A stretch of DNA of 64,000 bases from Actinomycetota bacterium. Lineage in GTDB: Bacteria; Actinomycetota; Thermoleophilia; Gaiellales; Gaiellaceae. A program made the position numbers and the translations under genes. Each line of letters begins with the position of its first letter. Position 1 is the first letter of the stretch. The notes below the pieces were generated by a model, which saw nothing but the letters and a program-made list of their open reading frames with translations, was not told where the DNA came from and made no database searches. Below are positions 20,007 to 28,813 of this stretch, piece by piece. The stretch is from positions 5,095-69,094 of the forward strand of contig JBKPFU010000073.1 of NCBI GenBank assembly GCA_046728975.1, in the 5' to 3' direction.

Positions 20007-20043
20007 AATCCGTTGGTCCCTGGTCCGAGTCCAGGCTGGCCAA
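20007..20043 (+). repeat. Duplicate of the tRNA 3' part (anticodon loop to discriminator), 34/37 identical
   Basis: aatccgttggtccctggtCcgagtccaggcTggccAa compared with tRNA positions 19922-19958. No matching 5' half is present. Confidence 0.85.
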
Positions 20044-20375
20044 TGTGAGATTCGGTTGGGCGCCGTCGCGAGTGAGGGAGCCGACCTCGCGGACGTATCG
20101 GTTCCGAGCGGGCGAGGTCGGCTCCGCACCATCAGGACAGCCGCTTCGGGCGGCGGCTCTCCTGCGACCATTGACTGGTCCCGTCGCAGGGGAACGGGTG
20201 TCCTCGGACCCTAGAGCCGAACCTTCCGCTTCGCCTGAATCCTGAGATCCAAATCGGATTCAGTCAAAGGATCTAAGTGTGGAACCACTCCGGGTGCGTC
20301 CACCGCGCCGTGTTCGTGGTCGTCCGGTGCATACACCGGTGATAATCGGCGCTGAAAACGCCCGTTAGCAGGGAC

Positions 20376-20428
20376 GTTCGAGGTCCAGGCGGGCCCATCG
20401 CTTCCCGGACGAAATCTGCGACGTCCGG
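20376..20428 (+). repeat. Second partial duplicate: tRNA T-arm/acceptor 3' end plus a degenerate copy of the downstream hairpin
   Basis: gttcgagGtccaggcgggcccatcg...cccggacgaaatc...cgtccgg compared with 19938-19992 (1-nt insertion and a few substitutions). Confidence 0.8.
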
Positions 20429-20438
20429 TGGCCTCGGT

Positions 20439-20855
20439 CTAGGGGCTCGCGGGAACGAGCGTGACGTCGACGCACCATTGGTGCGCGTCTGTCGGACGCC
20501 CATTGCGTCGCGTGATGCCGAGCGCGCATGCCTGGGCGGCTCCTTGGGCGAACCGCGTCCGGAGCCGGCCGTCTGCGCGCACCTTCCACTGCAGTTCCGC
20601 TCCCGTGCACCGCGCTCGCGTGCGCCCCTCCGCGTACGCCGCAGTCTGAGCCTGGGTGATCGTCAGGCGGAGCGAGAGCCGCTCGCCAACGTCGCACGTG
20701 AGCGTGCCGGTCGCCCGAATGACGTGGCCGTTCTTGCTGACCTTCGCCGTGGGGTCGGTTTTCCCGAAGAAGGCGGGACTGCTTCCGATCAGCACGAGCG
20801 CACCCAGCATCGAGGCCAATACAGCAGCTCGTTTCATGGCGGCGGAGTCTGTCAC
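20439..20855 (-). CDS. Small secreted four-cysteine protein, function unknown
   Basis: 138 aa. GTG at 20855 forms a GTGA overlap with the stop of the cyclase-STAND gene; an alternative ATG is at 20837. Signal peptide MKRAAVLASMLGALVLIGSS. Confidence 0.6.
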   Translation of the reverse strand: MTDSAAMKRAAVLASMLGALVLIGSSPAFFGKTDPTAKVSKNGHVIRATGTLTCDVGERLSLRLTITQAQTAAYAEGRTRARCTGAELQWKVRADGRLRTRFAQGAAQACALGITRRNGRPTDAHQWCVDVTLVPASP

Positions 20856-23800
20856 GTCTGAACCAGGTTCGCCAGAACGTCGCGCGCGCGAGCGGCCGAG
20901 ACGACGTCGCCCTTCTGCTCGTAGAGCCCTATGGCGGCCTCCAGGACTGCCTTCGTGTCGTCTGTCCGGCCGACGAGGCGTAAGACCTCGGCCAGGTCGG
21001 CGAGGCCGTCCGCCCGCGTGTCAAGGGCGTCAGTCGGCTCGGCGAGCGCGACGGCCTCGCGGGCCAGCTCTTCGGCGTCCTCGACATGACCGCGCAGCGC
21101 GAGTGTCTTCGCACGCACCTGCCGCCAGAGCACCTGCGTCACGATGTCGTCGCTCGCGCCGGCTTGCTCGCTGACCTTCGTGTAGTGCTCGGCCTCCTCG
21201 TACCGCTGTTGGGCGTAGAGCGACTGCGCGAGCCGCGCCGCTTGGGTCGACAGCAGGCCTTTCTCGCCCATCTGTTCGAGCACCTCGTAGGCGGCGCGGA
21301 TCTCCCGCTCGGCCGCGCCGGCGTTCCCAGCCAGCGTCTCGACGATCCAAGCGTGCTCGGCTCGCAGAACGAACGGGATTCCGCGCGCAAGGCCGAGATC
21401 CTCGGTCATCGCCCGGACGCGTCCGACGAGCTCGCGCGCCGCGTCGAAGTGGCCGAGCATCGCTTCGTGAACGGCAAGGGCGTCCATGAAGCCCATCTCG
21501 CCCCAACGGGAGATGGACGTGTCGTCGAGAACTGCCTTGCATCGTCTGATCGCCTCTTCCGCCGGCGTCGGCCCGTAGATGAGATCGATGCCGATCTGGA
21601 TCAGCGCCTCATTTGCCTGCCGCTCGTCACCCGCGCGCCGCGCGTGGGCGAACGCCCGTTCGCGGGCGTCGGTCGCGGCTTCGAAGCGCATTGCGATGTG
21701 ATCGGTCCAGGCGATCGCCGTCCAGGCCCGCGCGAGGCCCTTGTCGTCACGCGCCTTCTCCAGCTCGGGCAACGCATCCTCAGCGACCTTTCGCAGGCGC
21801 TCGAGGCTGCCTTCCGGTTGGGTGAACGTGCGGTTCTGCGAGCGTATGAGCAAGGCGACGAGGCCGTGGCGCGAATCTCCTGCGGCTTCGATCGCCGCCG
21901 TCGCGACCTGGTCTGCCCGTTCGAAGCTTCCCGCGAGGATGAGGGCGTCCGTCAGGTCGGGTGCAAGCTCGAGACCGGCTGGGTCAGTCGCCGGCACGAG
22001 AGCAAGGGCGCGCTCGAGCAGATTCGTCGCAGCGTGGGCGTCACCGCGGGCGAGCGCGCGTCGACCGGCCGCTGCGAGGCACTCCGCCGCATGCCGGCCG
22101 ACGCCTTCGGTGTGCGCGTCGACCGGGCCGAGCTCGGCACGCGACCGGTGCGCTCGCTCGAGGTGGTAGCCGAGGATCTCCTCGTATTCGGGCGCGTGCT
22201 CGCGCACGGCGCCGGTAAGCCAGTCCGCATACCGCTCGTGGAGCTCCGCGCGAACGTGCTTCGGAAGCGCCTCGTAAGCGGCGTCGCGCAGGAGGAGGTG
22301 CCGGAAACCAAAAGCCTGTTGACCGGGAAGCTCGGTTCGCGCGGGGCGAATGAGTTCCTTCCGGAGGAGTGTCATCAGGTGCGCGTCCACGGCACGACGA
22401 AGGCGATCAGGCGCAAGCTCGCTCACGGCGCCGACGTGAAAGACCTTCCCCTCGACGGCGGCCCGATCGATGATCGCCCGCTCGTCGCGTTCGAGGCGGT
22501 CGAGCCTCGCCGCGAGGAGCGCCTGAATCGTGGACGGCATCGAGATCTGGGCAAGGTCGGCCGTCGAGGACCACCGCCCGTTCTCCTGGCGGAGCAGCCC
22601 GTCGTCGATGAGCATCGACAGCATCTCCTCGACGAAGAGCGGATTGCCTTCGGCCGCCTCCTTGATCCGCGCGCGGGGCTCCGCGGCCAGGGACGCATGG
22701 CCGAGGAGGTTCTCGATGAGTCGGTCCGACTCGGCGTCGGCGAGCGGCTCGAGCAGGATGCTTGTCGCGTTGAGCTTGCCGCCACCCCAGTTGGAGCGGT
22801 GGTCGAGAAGCTCGGGCCGGGCGACGCAGACGAGGAGCATCGGAGCGTCGCGTGACCAGTCGGCGACGTGTTCCACAAGGTCGAGGAAGGTGGGTTCCGC
22901 CCAGTGCACGTCGTCGAAAACGACAACGAGCGGCTGCATCCAGGCGTGCCGCTCGAGCAGCTTCCGCACGGCCCAGAAGGTTTCTTCCCCGCTGCCGACG
23001 GCGTCGGCCAGGCCGATGGCGCCCGCCACTCGGTCTGCAATCACCTTTGCGTCGGGATCGTCTTCGACAAGCCGCTCGATGTCCCGAGCGGATTGCACGT
23101 CAACCAACTGTCTAACAACCTCCGCGACCGGCCAGAAGGTGATTCCCTCGCCGTAAGCGAGGCAACGGCCGGAGACGATCGTCGCGCGGTCGGAGAGATT
23201 TGCCACGACCTCGGCCACGAGACGCGATTTGCCGACTCCCGCCGCTCCGAGGAGCGTGAAGAGGTGGCACGACCGCTGCCGCACCGCGCGCTCGAAGGCG
23301 CGCTCGAGCAGGGCGCGCTCGTCCCCGCGGCCGATCATCGGGGCCTCCAACCGTCGGCGGTGCCCCGGAGCTCCTGAGATGATTTCGAGCACGCGGGCGG
23401 CGGGCACGGGCTCTTGCTTGCCCTCGATCTCGAGCGCGGCGACCTCCTCTACACGAACGGCGTCCCGCACGAGCCGTTGCGTTTCCCTGCCGATCAGGAT
23501 CTCGCCTGACTTCGCGGCCTGCTCGAGCCGCTTCGCGACGTTCACGGCGTCGCCGGTCACGAGCCGTTGACCGGCCGCGGGATCGCCCGCCACGACCTCG
23601 CCGGTGTTGGCACCGAGGCGGATCTCGATCTGGATTCCGAGCTCGCGCTCGAGCTCCCGGTTCAAGCGCTCCAGCTCCTCTCGCATCTCGACCATTGCCG
23701 CGACGGCACGAAGCGCATCGTCTTCGTGCACCGTCGGAATTCCGAACACGGCCATGATCGCGTCGCCAATGAACTTCTCCACGGTGCCGCCGTGGCGCTC

Positions 23801-24073
23801 GATCACAGCGCTCATCTCGTCGAAGTAGCGCCCCATGCCGCGGCGAAGCGATTCGGGATCGAGGCGCTCGCCCAGCGCGGTCGACCTCGCAACGTCCGAG
23901 AAGACGACCGTCACCATCTTTCGCATCTCGCGCGGCGCGGCTTCTGCCTCCGGTAGGCGGGTTCCGCAGGCCAGGCAGAACCGGGCGCCGGCAGGATTCT
24001 GCTGTCCACAGGTCGGGCAGATGGTCACGTCTTGCTCCCTGGGCGACGGCGTTGTAGAAGGTATCTCTCTCAC
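20852..24073 (-). CDS. Zn-ribbon / class III cyclase / STAND AAA ATPase / TPR protein (paralog 2)
   Basis: 1073 aa. CPTCG..FCLACG zinc ribbon. Cyclase motifs FSDVARST, EKFIGDAIMAVFG, NVAKRLE. Walker A GAAGVGKSRLV. HWAEPTFLDLV and GNPLFVEEMLSML blocks, then a TPR-like C-terminus. Confidence 0.9.
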   Translation of the reverse strand: MREIPSTTPSPREQDVTICPTCGQQNPAGARFCLACGTRLPEAEAAPREMRKMVTVVFSDVARSTALGERLDPESLRRGMGRYFDEMSAVIERHGGTVEKFIGDAIMAVFGIPTVHEDDALRAVAAMVEMREELERLNRELERELGIQIEIRLGANTGEVVAGDPAAGQRLVTGDAVNVAKRLEQAAKSGEILIGRETQRLVRDAVRVEEVAALEIEGKQEPVPAARVLEIISGAPGHRRRLEAPMIGRGDERALLERAFERAVRQRSCHLFTLLGAAGVGKSRLVAEVVANLSDRATIVSGRCLAYGEGITFWPVAEVVRQLVDVQSARDIERLVEDDPDAKVIADRVAGAIGLADAVGSGEETFWAVRKLLERHAWMQPLVVVFDDVHWAEPTFLDLVEHVADWSRDAPMLLVCVARPELLDHRSNWGGGKLNATSILLEPLADAESDRLIENLLGHASLAAEPRARIKEAAEGNPLFVEEMLSMLIDDGLLRQENGRWSSTADLAQISMPSTIQALLAARLDRLERDERAIIDRAAVEGKVFHVGAVSELAPDRLRRAVDAHLMTLLRKELIRPARTELPGQQAFGFRHLLLRDAAYEALPKHVRAELHERYADWLTGAVREHAPEYEEILGYHLERAHRSRAELGPVDAHTEGVGRHAAECLAAAGRRALARGDAHAATNLLERALALVPATDPAGLELAPDLTDALILAGSFERADQVATAAIEAAGDSRHGLVALLIRSQNRTFTQPEGSLERLRKVAEDALPELEKARDDKGLARAWTAIAWTDHIAMRFEAATDARERAFAHARRAGDERQANEALIQIGIDLIYGPTPAEEAIRRCKAVLDDTSISRWGEMGFMDALAVHEAMLGHFDAARELVGRVRAMTEDLGLARGIPFVLRAEHAWIVETLAGNAGAAEREIRAAYEVLEQMGEKGLLSTQAARLAQSLYAQQRYEEAEHYTKVSEQAGASDDIVTQVLWRQVRAKTLALRGHVEDAEELAREAVALAEPTDALDTRADGLADLAEVLRLVGRTDDTKAVLEAAIGLYEQKGDVVSAARARDVLANLVQT

Positions 24074-24137
24074 TGATCACGAGACGTGAGCAGGCCGGTT
24101 CGTCCTTCCAACCGGTTGTGAGCCTTGCGGGCCGGTG

Positions 24138-24521
24138 CTAGCCCGAGTTTGAGAGAGCAGTCCGCGGCCAGGGCGAATATCGGTCGGCCGCAGCCGAGAG
24201 CACGGCCGTCACGTCGTCTTGGGTGCGCGCCAGCGCGTCGTTCCATTCGACGAGCGAGTCGGTGTCGATGAGATCAGCGAGCGCGTAGAGCGCAGCGGCC
24301 AGGTCCTCGATGGGCATCTCGCCGCGGTGCTGCGCCTCCCACTCCAGTACCGCGACGATCGCGCCAAGGAGCGACCAGCTGACGGCGTCTGCGTCCCACG
24401 GATCGACTTCGACACCCGCAGCGTTGCGAGCGTCGGCCCCGCGGCACCAACCGCGCGCGACCAATTCCCGCGCAGCGAGCAGTAGACGAAGGCCGTCGCC
24501 TTCCTCGCGCGCCTCGTTCAT
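24138..24521 (-). CDS. Hypothetical protein
   Basis: 127 aa with coding-like composition. The ARELVARGWCRGADARNAAG...WSLLGAI pattern recalls small phage/plasmid-associated proteins of unknown function. Confidence 0.55.
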   Translation of the reverse strand: MNEAREEGDGLRLLLAARELVARGWCRGADARNAAGVEVDPWDADAVSWSLLGAIVAVLEWEAQHRGEMPIEDLAAALYALADLIDTDSLVEWNDALARTQDDVTAVLSAAADRYSPWPRTALSNSG

Positions 24522-24596
24522 CTCCTACGGCGCTTGCCCGGATCGGCCCGGAATAATCGCACTAGAATCGACGAGCCTAGGAGCGGGCGAGTGGGT

Positions 24597-24935
24597 ATGG
24601 AAGAGCGGGAACGCCGGATCGGGCAAAACGAGGCCCTGTTCAGGGAGGTCAACGAACGCGTCGCGAGGCTGAGCGACTCGATGCAGGCGACGACGGAGCT
24701 GACCGCGTTTCTGTGCGAGTGCGGGAACGCATCCTGTCAGGAGCGGGTCGAGATGACGCTCGAGGAGTATGAGCGCGTGCGAGCCGAGTCCACGCGTTTT
24801 GCGATCGTCCCCGGTCACGAGATCCTGGATGTCGAGGCCGTAATCGCGAAGCACGACCGGTACTGGGTGATCGAGAAGCACAAGGGCGAGGCGGCCGATT
24901 TCGCCCAAGGGCTCGATCCACGCGCGCGCAAGTAA
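24597..24935 (+). CDS. Hypothetical conserved-looking protein with CxCxxxxC cluster
   Basis: ATG at 24597 (or GTG at 24591) inside ORF 24534..24935. Translation MEERERRIGQNEALFREVNERV...FLCECGNASCQERV. Confidence 0.6.
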   Translation: MEERERRIGQNEALFREVNERVARLSDSMQATTELTAFLCECGNASCQERVEMTLEEYERVRAESTRFAIVPGHEILDVEAVIAKHDRYWVIEKHKGEAADFAQGLDPRARK

Positions 24936-24982
24936 CCAAGCCCCCACGTTTTCGAGCGCCTGATCCCGGAAAAAGCCGGTTC

Positions 24983-25897
24983 ATGCCCCGCGCTATGTGG
25001 TCCGGGTCGATCAGCTTCGGCCTCGTCAACATCCCCGTTCGCATGTACAGCGCGATCGAGGAGCACAAGCTCCACTTCCACTGGCTCCACCAGAAGGATG
25101 ACAGCCCGATCGGCTACCAGAAGATCTGCAAGCGCGAGGAAAAGCCTGTCTCGGACGACGAGATCGTGAAGGCGTTCGAGTTCAAGAAGGGCGAGTTCGT
25201 CTACATGGAGGACGAGGACTTCGAGGCGGCGAAGGTCGAGGGGTACAAGACGATCGACATCAGCGACTTCGTCCCGTACGCCGAGATCGACCCGATCTAT
25301 TTTGCCCGCACGTACTACCTCGGGCCCCAGGACGGCGGCGAGAAGGTCTATTCGCTGTTCGTGCGGGCGATGGAGGATTCGGAGCTCGCGGCGATCGGCA
25401 AGTTCGTGATGCGTGACAAGCAGAACCTCGGCTGCCTGCGCGTGCGCGAGGGCGTGATCACGCTCGAGCAGCTCTACTTCGCCGACGAGATCCGGGCCTT
25501 GGACGAGATCAAGCCGAAGAAGCAGAGCGTCGCGAAGGCCGAGCTCGACATGGCCCTGCAGCTGATCAAGAACTTCTCGGGCGAGTTCAAGCCGGAGAAG
25601 TACAAGGACACGTACCGGGACGCGCTCATCGACATCATCCAAGCCAAACGGGCCGGCAAAGAGATTCACGCCGTTGCGGAGCCCGAGGAGGAACGGCCGC
25701 CCGACCTGCTCGAGGCGTTGCGGGCGAGCCTCGAGGCAGCGGGCGGCAGCGGTCGTTCACGCCGCCACCGCGATCGACAGCGGCTCGACGCCCTCTCCAA
25801 GGGCGAGCTCGAAGAACGTGCGCGGCGAGCTAACATCCCCGGTCGCTCGAAGATGTCGAAAGACGAGCTGATCGAGGCGCTGCGCGAGGCTGCCTGA
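24983..25897 (+). CDS. ku: Ku (NHEJ DNA end-binding protein)
   Basis: 304 aa. N-terminus MWSGSISFGLVNIPVRMYSA, the YYLGP block, and a basic/SAP-like C-terminal tail. Confidence 0.9.
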   Translation: MPRAMWSGSISFGLVNIPVRMYSAIEEHKLHFHWLHQKDDSPIGYQKICKREEKPVSDDEIVKAFEFKKGEFVYMEDEDFEAAKVEGYKTIDISDFVPYAEIDPIYFARTYYLGPQDGGEKVYSLFVRAMEDSELAAIGKFVMRDKQNLGCLRVREGVITLEQLYFADEIRALDEIKPKKQSVAKAELDMALQLIKNFSGEFKPEKYKDTYRDALIDIIQAKRAGKEIHAVAEPEEERPPDLLEALRASLEAAGGSGRSRRHRDRQRLDALSKGELEERARRANIPGRSKMSKDELIEALREAA

Positions 25898-26621
25898 CAA
25901 GAAACACCTGGCTGTAGTCCCCGATCTCGAGCAGGAGCTAGACGGGCTGTACGGCCTACCGCTCGAGGAGTTCACGCGCGCGCGAAACGAGCTTTCCACG
26001 CGGCTGGCAAAAGCCGGTCAAACCGAGGCGGCCGCTCGCGTCAAGGGGCTCTCGAAGCCGAGCGTGCCGGTGTGGGCGGTCAACCAGGTCGCCCGGCGCA
26101 AGCCGAACAAGGTCCAGAAGCTCCTCGAGCTCGGCGGTGCGCTGCGCAAGGCGCAGGCCGGAGGGCGCGGCGACGTCCGCGAGCTGAGCGAGACCGAGCG
26201 GGACGCGGTTCAGGAGCTCGTCGCCGACGCGCGCAGTGTCCTGGAGCAGGAGCAGCGCCCTGCGAGCGACGCGACGATGCAGCGCATCACCCAGACCCTC
26301 AGGGGCGCCGCCGCAGACGACGAGGTGGGCGCTCAGCTCGCACGCGGCGCACTGACCGAGGAGCTCGAGCCGACTGGGTTCGAGGTCTTTGCCGGAGTCG
26401 TGCCCGCGAGAAAGCAACCGAAGGCGCCACCGAAGCCCGACCCGAAGGTCGAGCTCCGGAAACGGCTGAGGGACGCGCGGGCCGAGGCACGCGATCGCGC
26501 ACGAGCCGCATACCAGGCGGAGCGGGAGGCCGAGCGCTCACGGAGGGACGCCGAGCGGGCGCGAGCGGAGGCCGACGAGGCAGAGCAGGCCGTTCGGCAG
26601 CTCGAAGACGAGCTCGGTTAG
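25890..26621 (+). CDS. Hypothetical helical protein with charged coiled-coil C-terminus (start uncertain)
   Basis: The frame is open from 25872. The first canonical start is GTG at 26064, but the upstream 64 codons (..LEQELDGLYGLPLEEFTRARNELSTRLAKAG..) look coding. In-frame CTG at 25890 and 25908. Confidence 0.55.
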   Translation: MPDKKHLAVVPDLEQELDGLYGLPLEEFTRARNELSTRLAKAGQTEAAARVKGLSKPSVPVWAVNQVARRKPNKVQKLLELGGALRKAQAGGRGDVRELSETERDAVQELVADARSVLEQEQRPASDATMQRITQTLRGAAADDEVGAQLARGALTEELEPTGFEVFAGVVPARKQPKAPPKPDPKVELRKRLRDARAEARDRARAAYQAEREAERSRRDAERARAEADEAEQAVRQLEDELG

Positions 26622-27214
26622 ACCGCCAGGCCGTCGCAGATGGTGGCGAGCACCGTCTGCTCCGCGCGCGAGACATCGGCCTCCGCGTCGTTCAGGCGCC
26701 CCAGGGCCCAACCGGTGAGGATCTCCTCCATCGCCCCGTAGAGAATCCAGGCGGCGAGACGAGGGTCGACCTCGGAACGGAAGTCACCTTCGCGCTGCCC
26801 GCGCTCGACGATCCGCTCCAGCGCCTGAAAGGCTTGCTCGATTTCCTCGATCTGCTGCTGAAGCTCGCCGCTCCGCGTCACCTCGCGCACGAGCACGCGC
26901 ACGAGATCCGGGTCGCGCTTCCACGTGCGGAGGACGAGCTCGACCACCTTGCGCAGCTGCTCGCGTGCGGGGATGTCGAGCTGCTCGATCTCCTGGATCG
27001 TTCCGAGCATGTCCGTCCAGGTCTGATGGAAGATGCTGCGTAGAACCTCTTCCTTCGAGTCGAAGTAGTGGTACAGGAGCCCGTAGGCGACGCCTGCCTC
27101 CTCGGCGATGTCGCCGACGCGGCAGGCGTGATAGCCCTTCGCGGCGAAGGCACGGACGGCGGCCTCGAGGATCTGGCGGCGCTTCTCTTCCTGCGCCCTG
27201 GTGCGCGTGGCCAC
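26618..27214 (-). CDS. TetR family transcriptional regulator
   Basis: 198 aa with HTH RVGDIAEEAGVAYGLLYHYFDSKEEVL. Its stop codon interlocks with the stop of the convergent gene (TTAG at 26618-26621). Confidence 0.9.
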   Translation of the reverse strand: MATRTRAQEEKRRQILEAAVRAFAAKGYHACRVGDIAEEAGVAYGLLYHYFDSKEEVLRSIFHQTWTDMLGTIQEIEQLDIPAREQLRKVVELVLRTWKRDPDLVRVLVREVTRSGELQQQIEEIEQAFQALERIVERGQREGDFRSEVDPRLAAWILYGAMEEILTGWALGRLNDAEADVSRAEQTVLATICDGLAV

Positions 27215-27215
27215 G

Positions 27216-27500
27216 CTAGGTCGCCCGCTGCGGAGCGGAGAGCGGGGCTGTGACAGCGCCGAACCCGCTTAGTTCCCGGTAGCACGATTCCAGCATGCGC
27301 ACCGAATCGTTCCACGTCGGAAGCGCCAAAGCGAACTTTCGAGCCCTCTGCTCGGGCCGCCGGCGCTCGTCGGGCCGGTCCAGGAGCCGGTTAACGGCGG
27401 CCCCGAAGGCCGCGGGGTCGCCGGCCACCCTCGCTGCGCCGTACGCTCGCGGGCCAAGCATGGGGCCTCCTGCTGGGGAGTTAACCCCGCCAACGGCCGT
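27216..27500 (-). pseudogene. C-terminal remnant of a GT1/GT4-type glycosyltransferase
   Basis: Only the last ~80-95 residues read sensibly (..[45 protein letters not shown]...[14 protein letters not shown]), matching a glycosyltransferase C-terminus. Upstream, the frame runs antisense into pdxS and becomes nonsense. Confidence 0.45.
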
Positions 27501-27527
27501 AAATCCCCTCGGGCTAGACTTCAGCCG

Positions 27528-28412
27528 ATGCTCGAGCTCGGGACGATGAGGGTCAAGACCGGCCTCGCCGAGATGCTGAAAGGCGGGGTGATCATGGACG
27601 TCACGACCGCCGAGCAGGCGACGATCGCCGAGGAGGCGGGCGCGGTCGCCGTGATGGCGCTCGAGCGTGTGCCTGCCGACATCCGTTCCGAGGGTGGCGT
27701 CGCCCGGATGGCCGACCCGGACAAGATCCGCGAGATCCAGGAGGCCGTGAGCATCCCCGTGATGGCGAAGGCGCGCATCGGCCACTTCGTCGAGGCGCAA
27801 ATCCTCGAGGCGCTAGAGGTCGACTATGTCGACGAGAGCGAGGTGCTGACCCCCGCCGACGAGGAGAACCACATCGACAAGTGGCAGTTCACGATCCCGT
27901 TCGTGTGCGGCTGCCGCAACCTAGGCGAGGCACTCCGGCGGATCGCCGAGGGCGCCGCCATGATCCGCACCAAGGGGGAGGCAGGAACGGGCGACATCGT
28001 CAATGCGGTTCGCCACATGCGCGCCGTGTTCGGCGGTATCCGCCGCCTGCAGTCGCTCCGCGACGACGAGCTCTACGGAGAGGCGAAGGAGCTCCAGGCG
28101 CCCTACGAGCTGGTCAAGTGGGTAGCCGAAAACGGCAGGCTGCCGGTCGTCACGTTCACCGCCGGCGGGATCGCGACGCCCGCCGACGCAGCGCTCTGCA
28201 TGCAGCTCGGCGCGGACGGCGTCTTCGTCGGCTCCGGCATCTTCAAGTCGGGGGAGCCGGAGACGCGGGCGAAGGCGATCGTCGAGGCGACGACGCACTT
28301 CCGCGATCCGGAGGTTCTCGCGCGCGTCTCGCAGGGGCTCGGCGATCCCATGAGCGGCCTCTCCGCCGCCGGCCTGGCGCCCGAGGAGCTCCTTGAGACT
28401 CGCGGCTGGTAG
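27528..28412 (+). CDS. pdxS: Pyridoxal 5'-phosphate synthase subunit PdxS
   Basis: 294 aa. Blocks [24 protein letters not shown] and TKGEAGTG. Confidence 0.95.
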   Translation: MLELGTMRVKTGLAEMLKGGVIMDVTTAEQATIAEEAGAVAVMALERVPADIRSEGGVARMADPDKIREIQEAVSIPVMAKARIGHFVEAQILEALEVDYVDESEVLTPADEENHIDKWQFTIPFVCGCRNLGEALRRIAEGAAMIRTKGEAGTGDIVNAVRHMRAVFGGIRRLQSLRDDELYGEAKELQAPYELVKWVAENGRLPVVTFTAGGIATPADAALCMQLGADGVFVGSGIFKSGEPETRAKAIVEATTHFRDPEVLARVSQGLGDPMSGLSAAGLAPEELLETRGW

Positions 28413-28447
28413 GCGCCGACTCCAGGCGCGGCGCAGTCTTCGCCGGC

Positions 28448-28813
28448 GTGGCCGGAGGGATCGTCGGCGGCGTCCCGTCTATCGTTAGCGCCCTCGTCCG
28501 AGACGACGATCCGCTCGAGCCTACGCTCGCGGTGGGGTCGATGCTGTTGCCCAACGAGGAGCGGCCGGCGCGTCCAGTCGCGGCCGCCGTCCCCGTGCAT
28601 CTAGGCGTTTCGGTCTTCTGGGGCCTCGTGCTCGACCTCGTCCTTCCACGGCGCGGCGCGATTGCGTGGGGCGCGTCGGCCGGCCTTGCGATAGCTGCCC
28701 TCGACCTCGTCGTCGGCCGTCGGTTCGTGCGCATCAGGAAGCTTCCGTTCGCGCCGCAGCTCGCAGACCACGTCCTCTACGGCGCGACGGTCGGGTACGT
28801 GCTGTCGCGCTAG
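28448..28813 (+). CDS. Small membrane protein, function unknown
   Basis: 121 aa with three hydrophobic segments and GC3 bias. Confidence 0.5.
   Translation: MAGGIVGGVPSIVSALVRDDDPLEPTLAVGSMLLPNEERPARPVAAAVPVHLGVSVFWGLVLDLVLPRRGAIAWGASAGLAIAALDLVVGRRFVRIRKLPFAPQLADHVLYGATVGYVLSR

Noticed and set aside
20044-20400. tmRNA, RNase P RNA or SRP RNA next to the tRNA
   Set aside because: None of the invariant blocks I know is present: no GGGGCUGA 5' end or tag-ORF/alanine-acceptor pairing for tmRNA, no GGAAAGUCC P4 block for RNase P, and no SRP domain IV motif. The tRNA-like 3' end has no matching 5' acceptor strand. The region is kept only as an unexplained structured segment.
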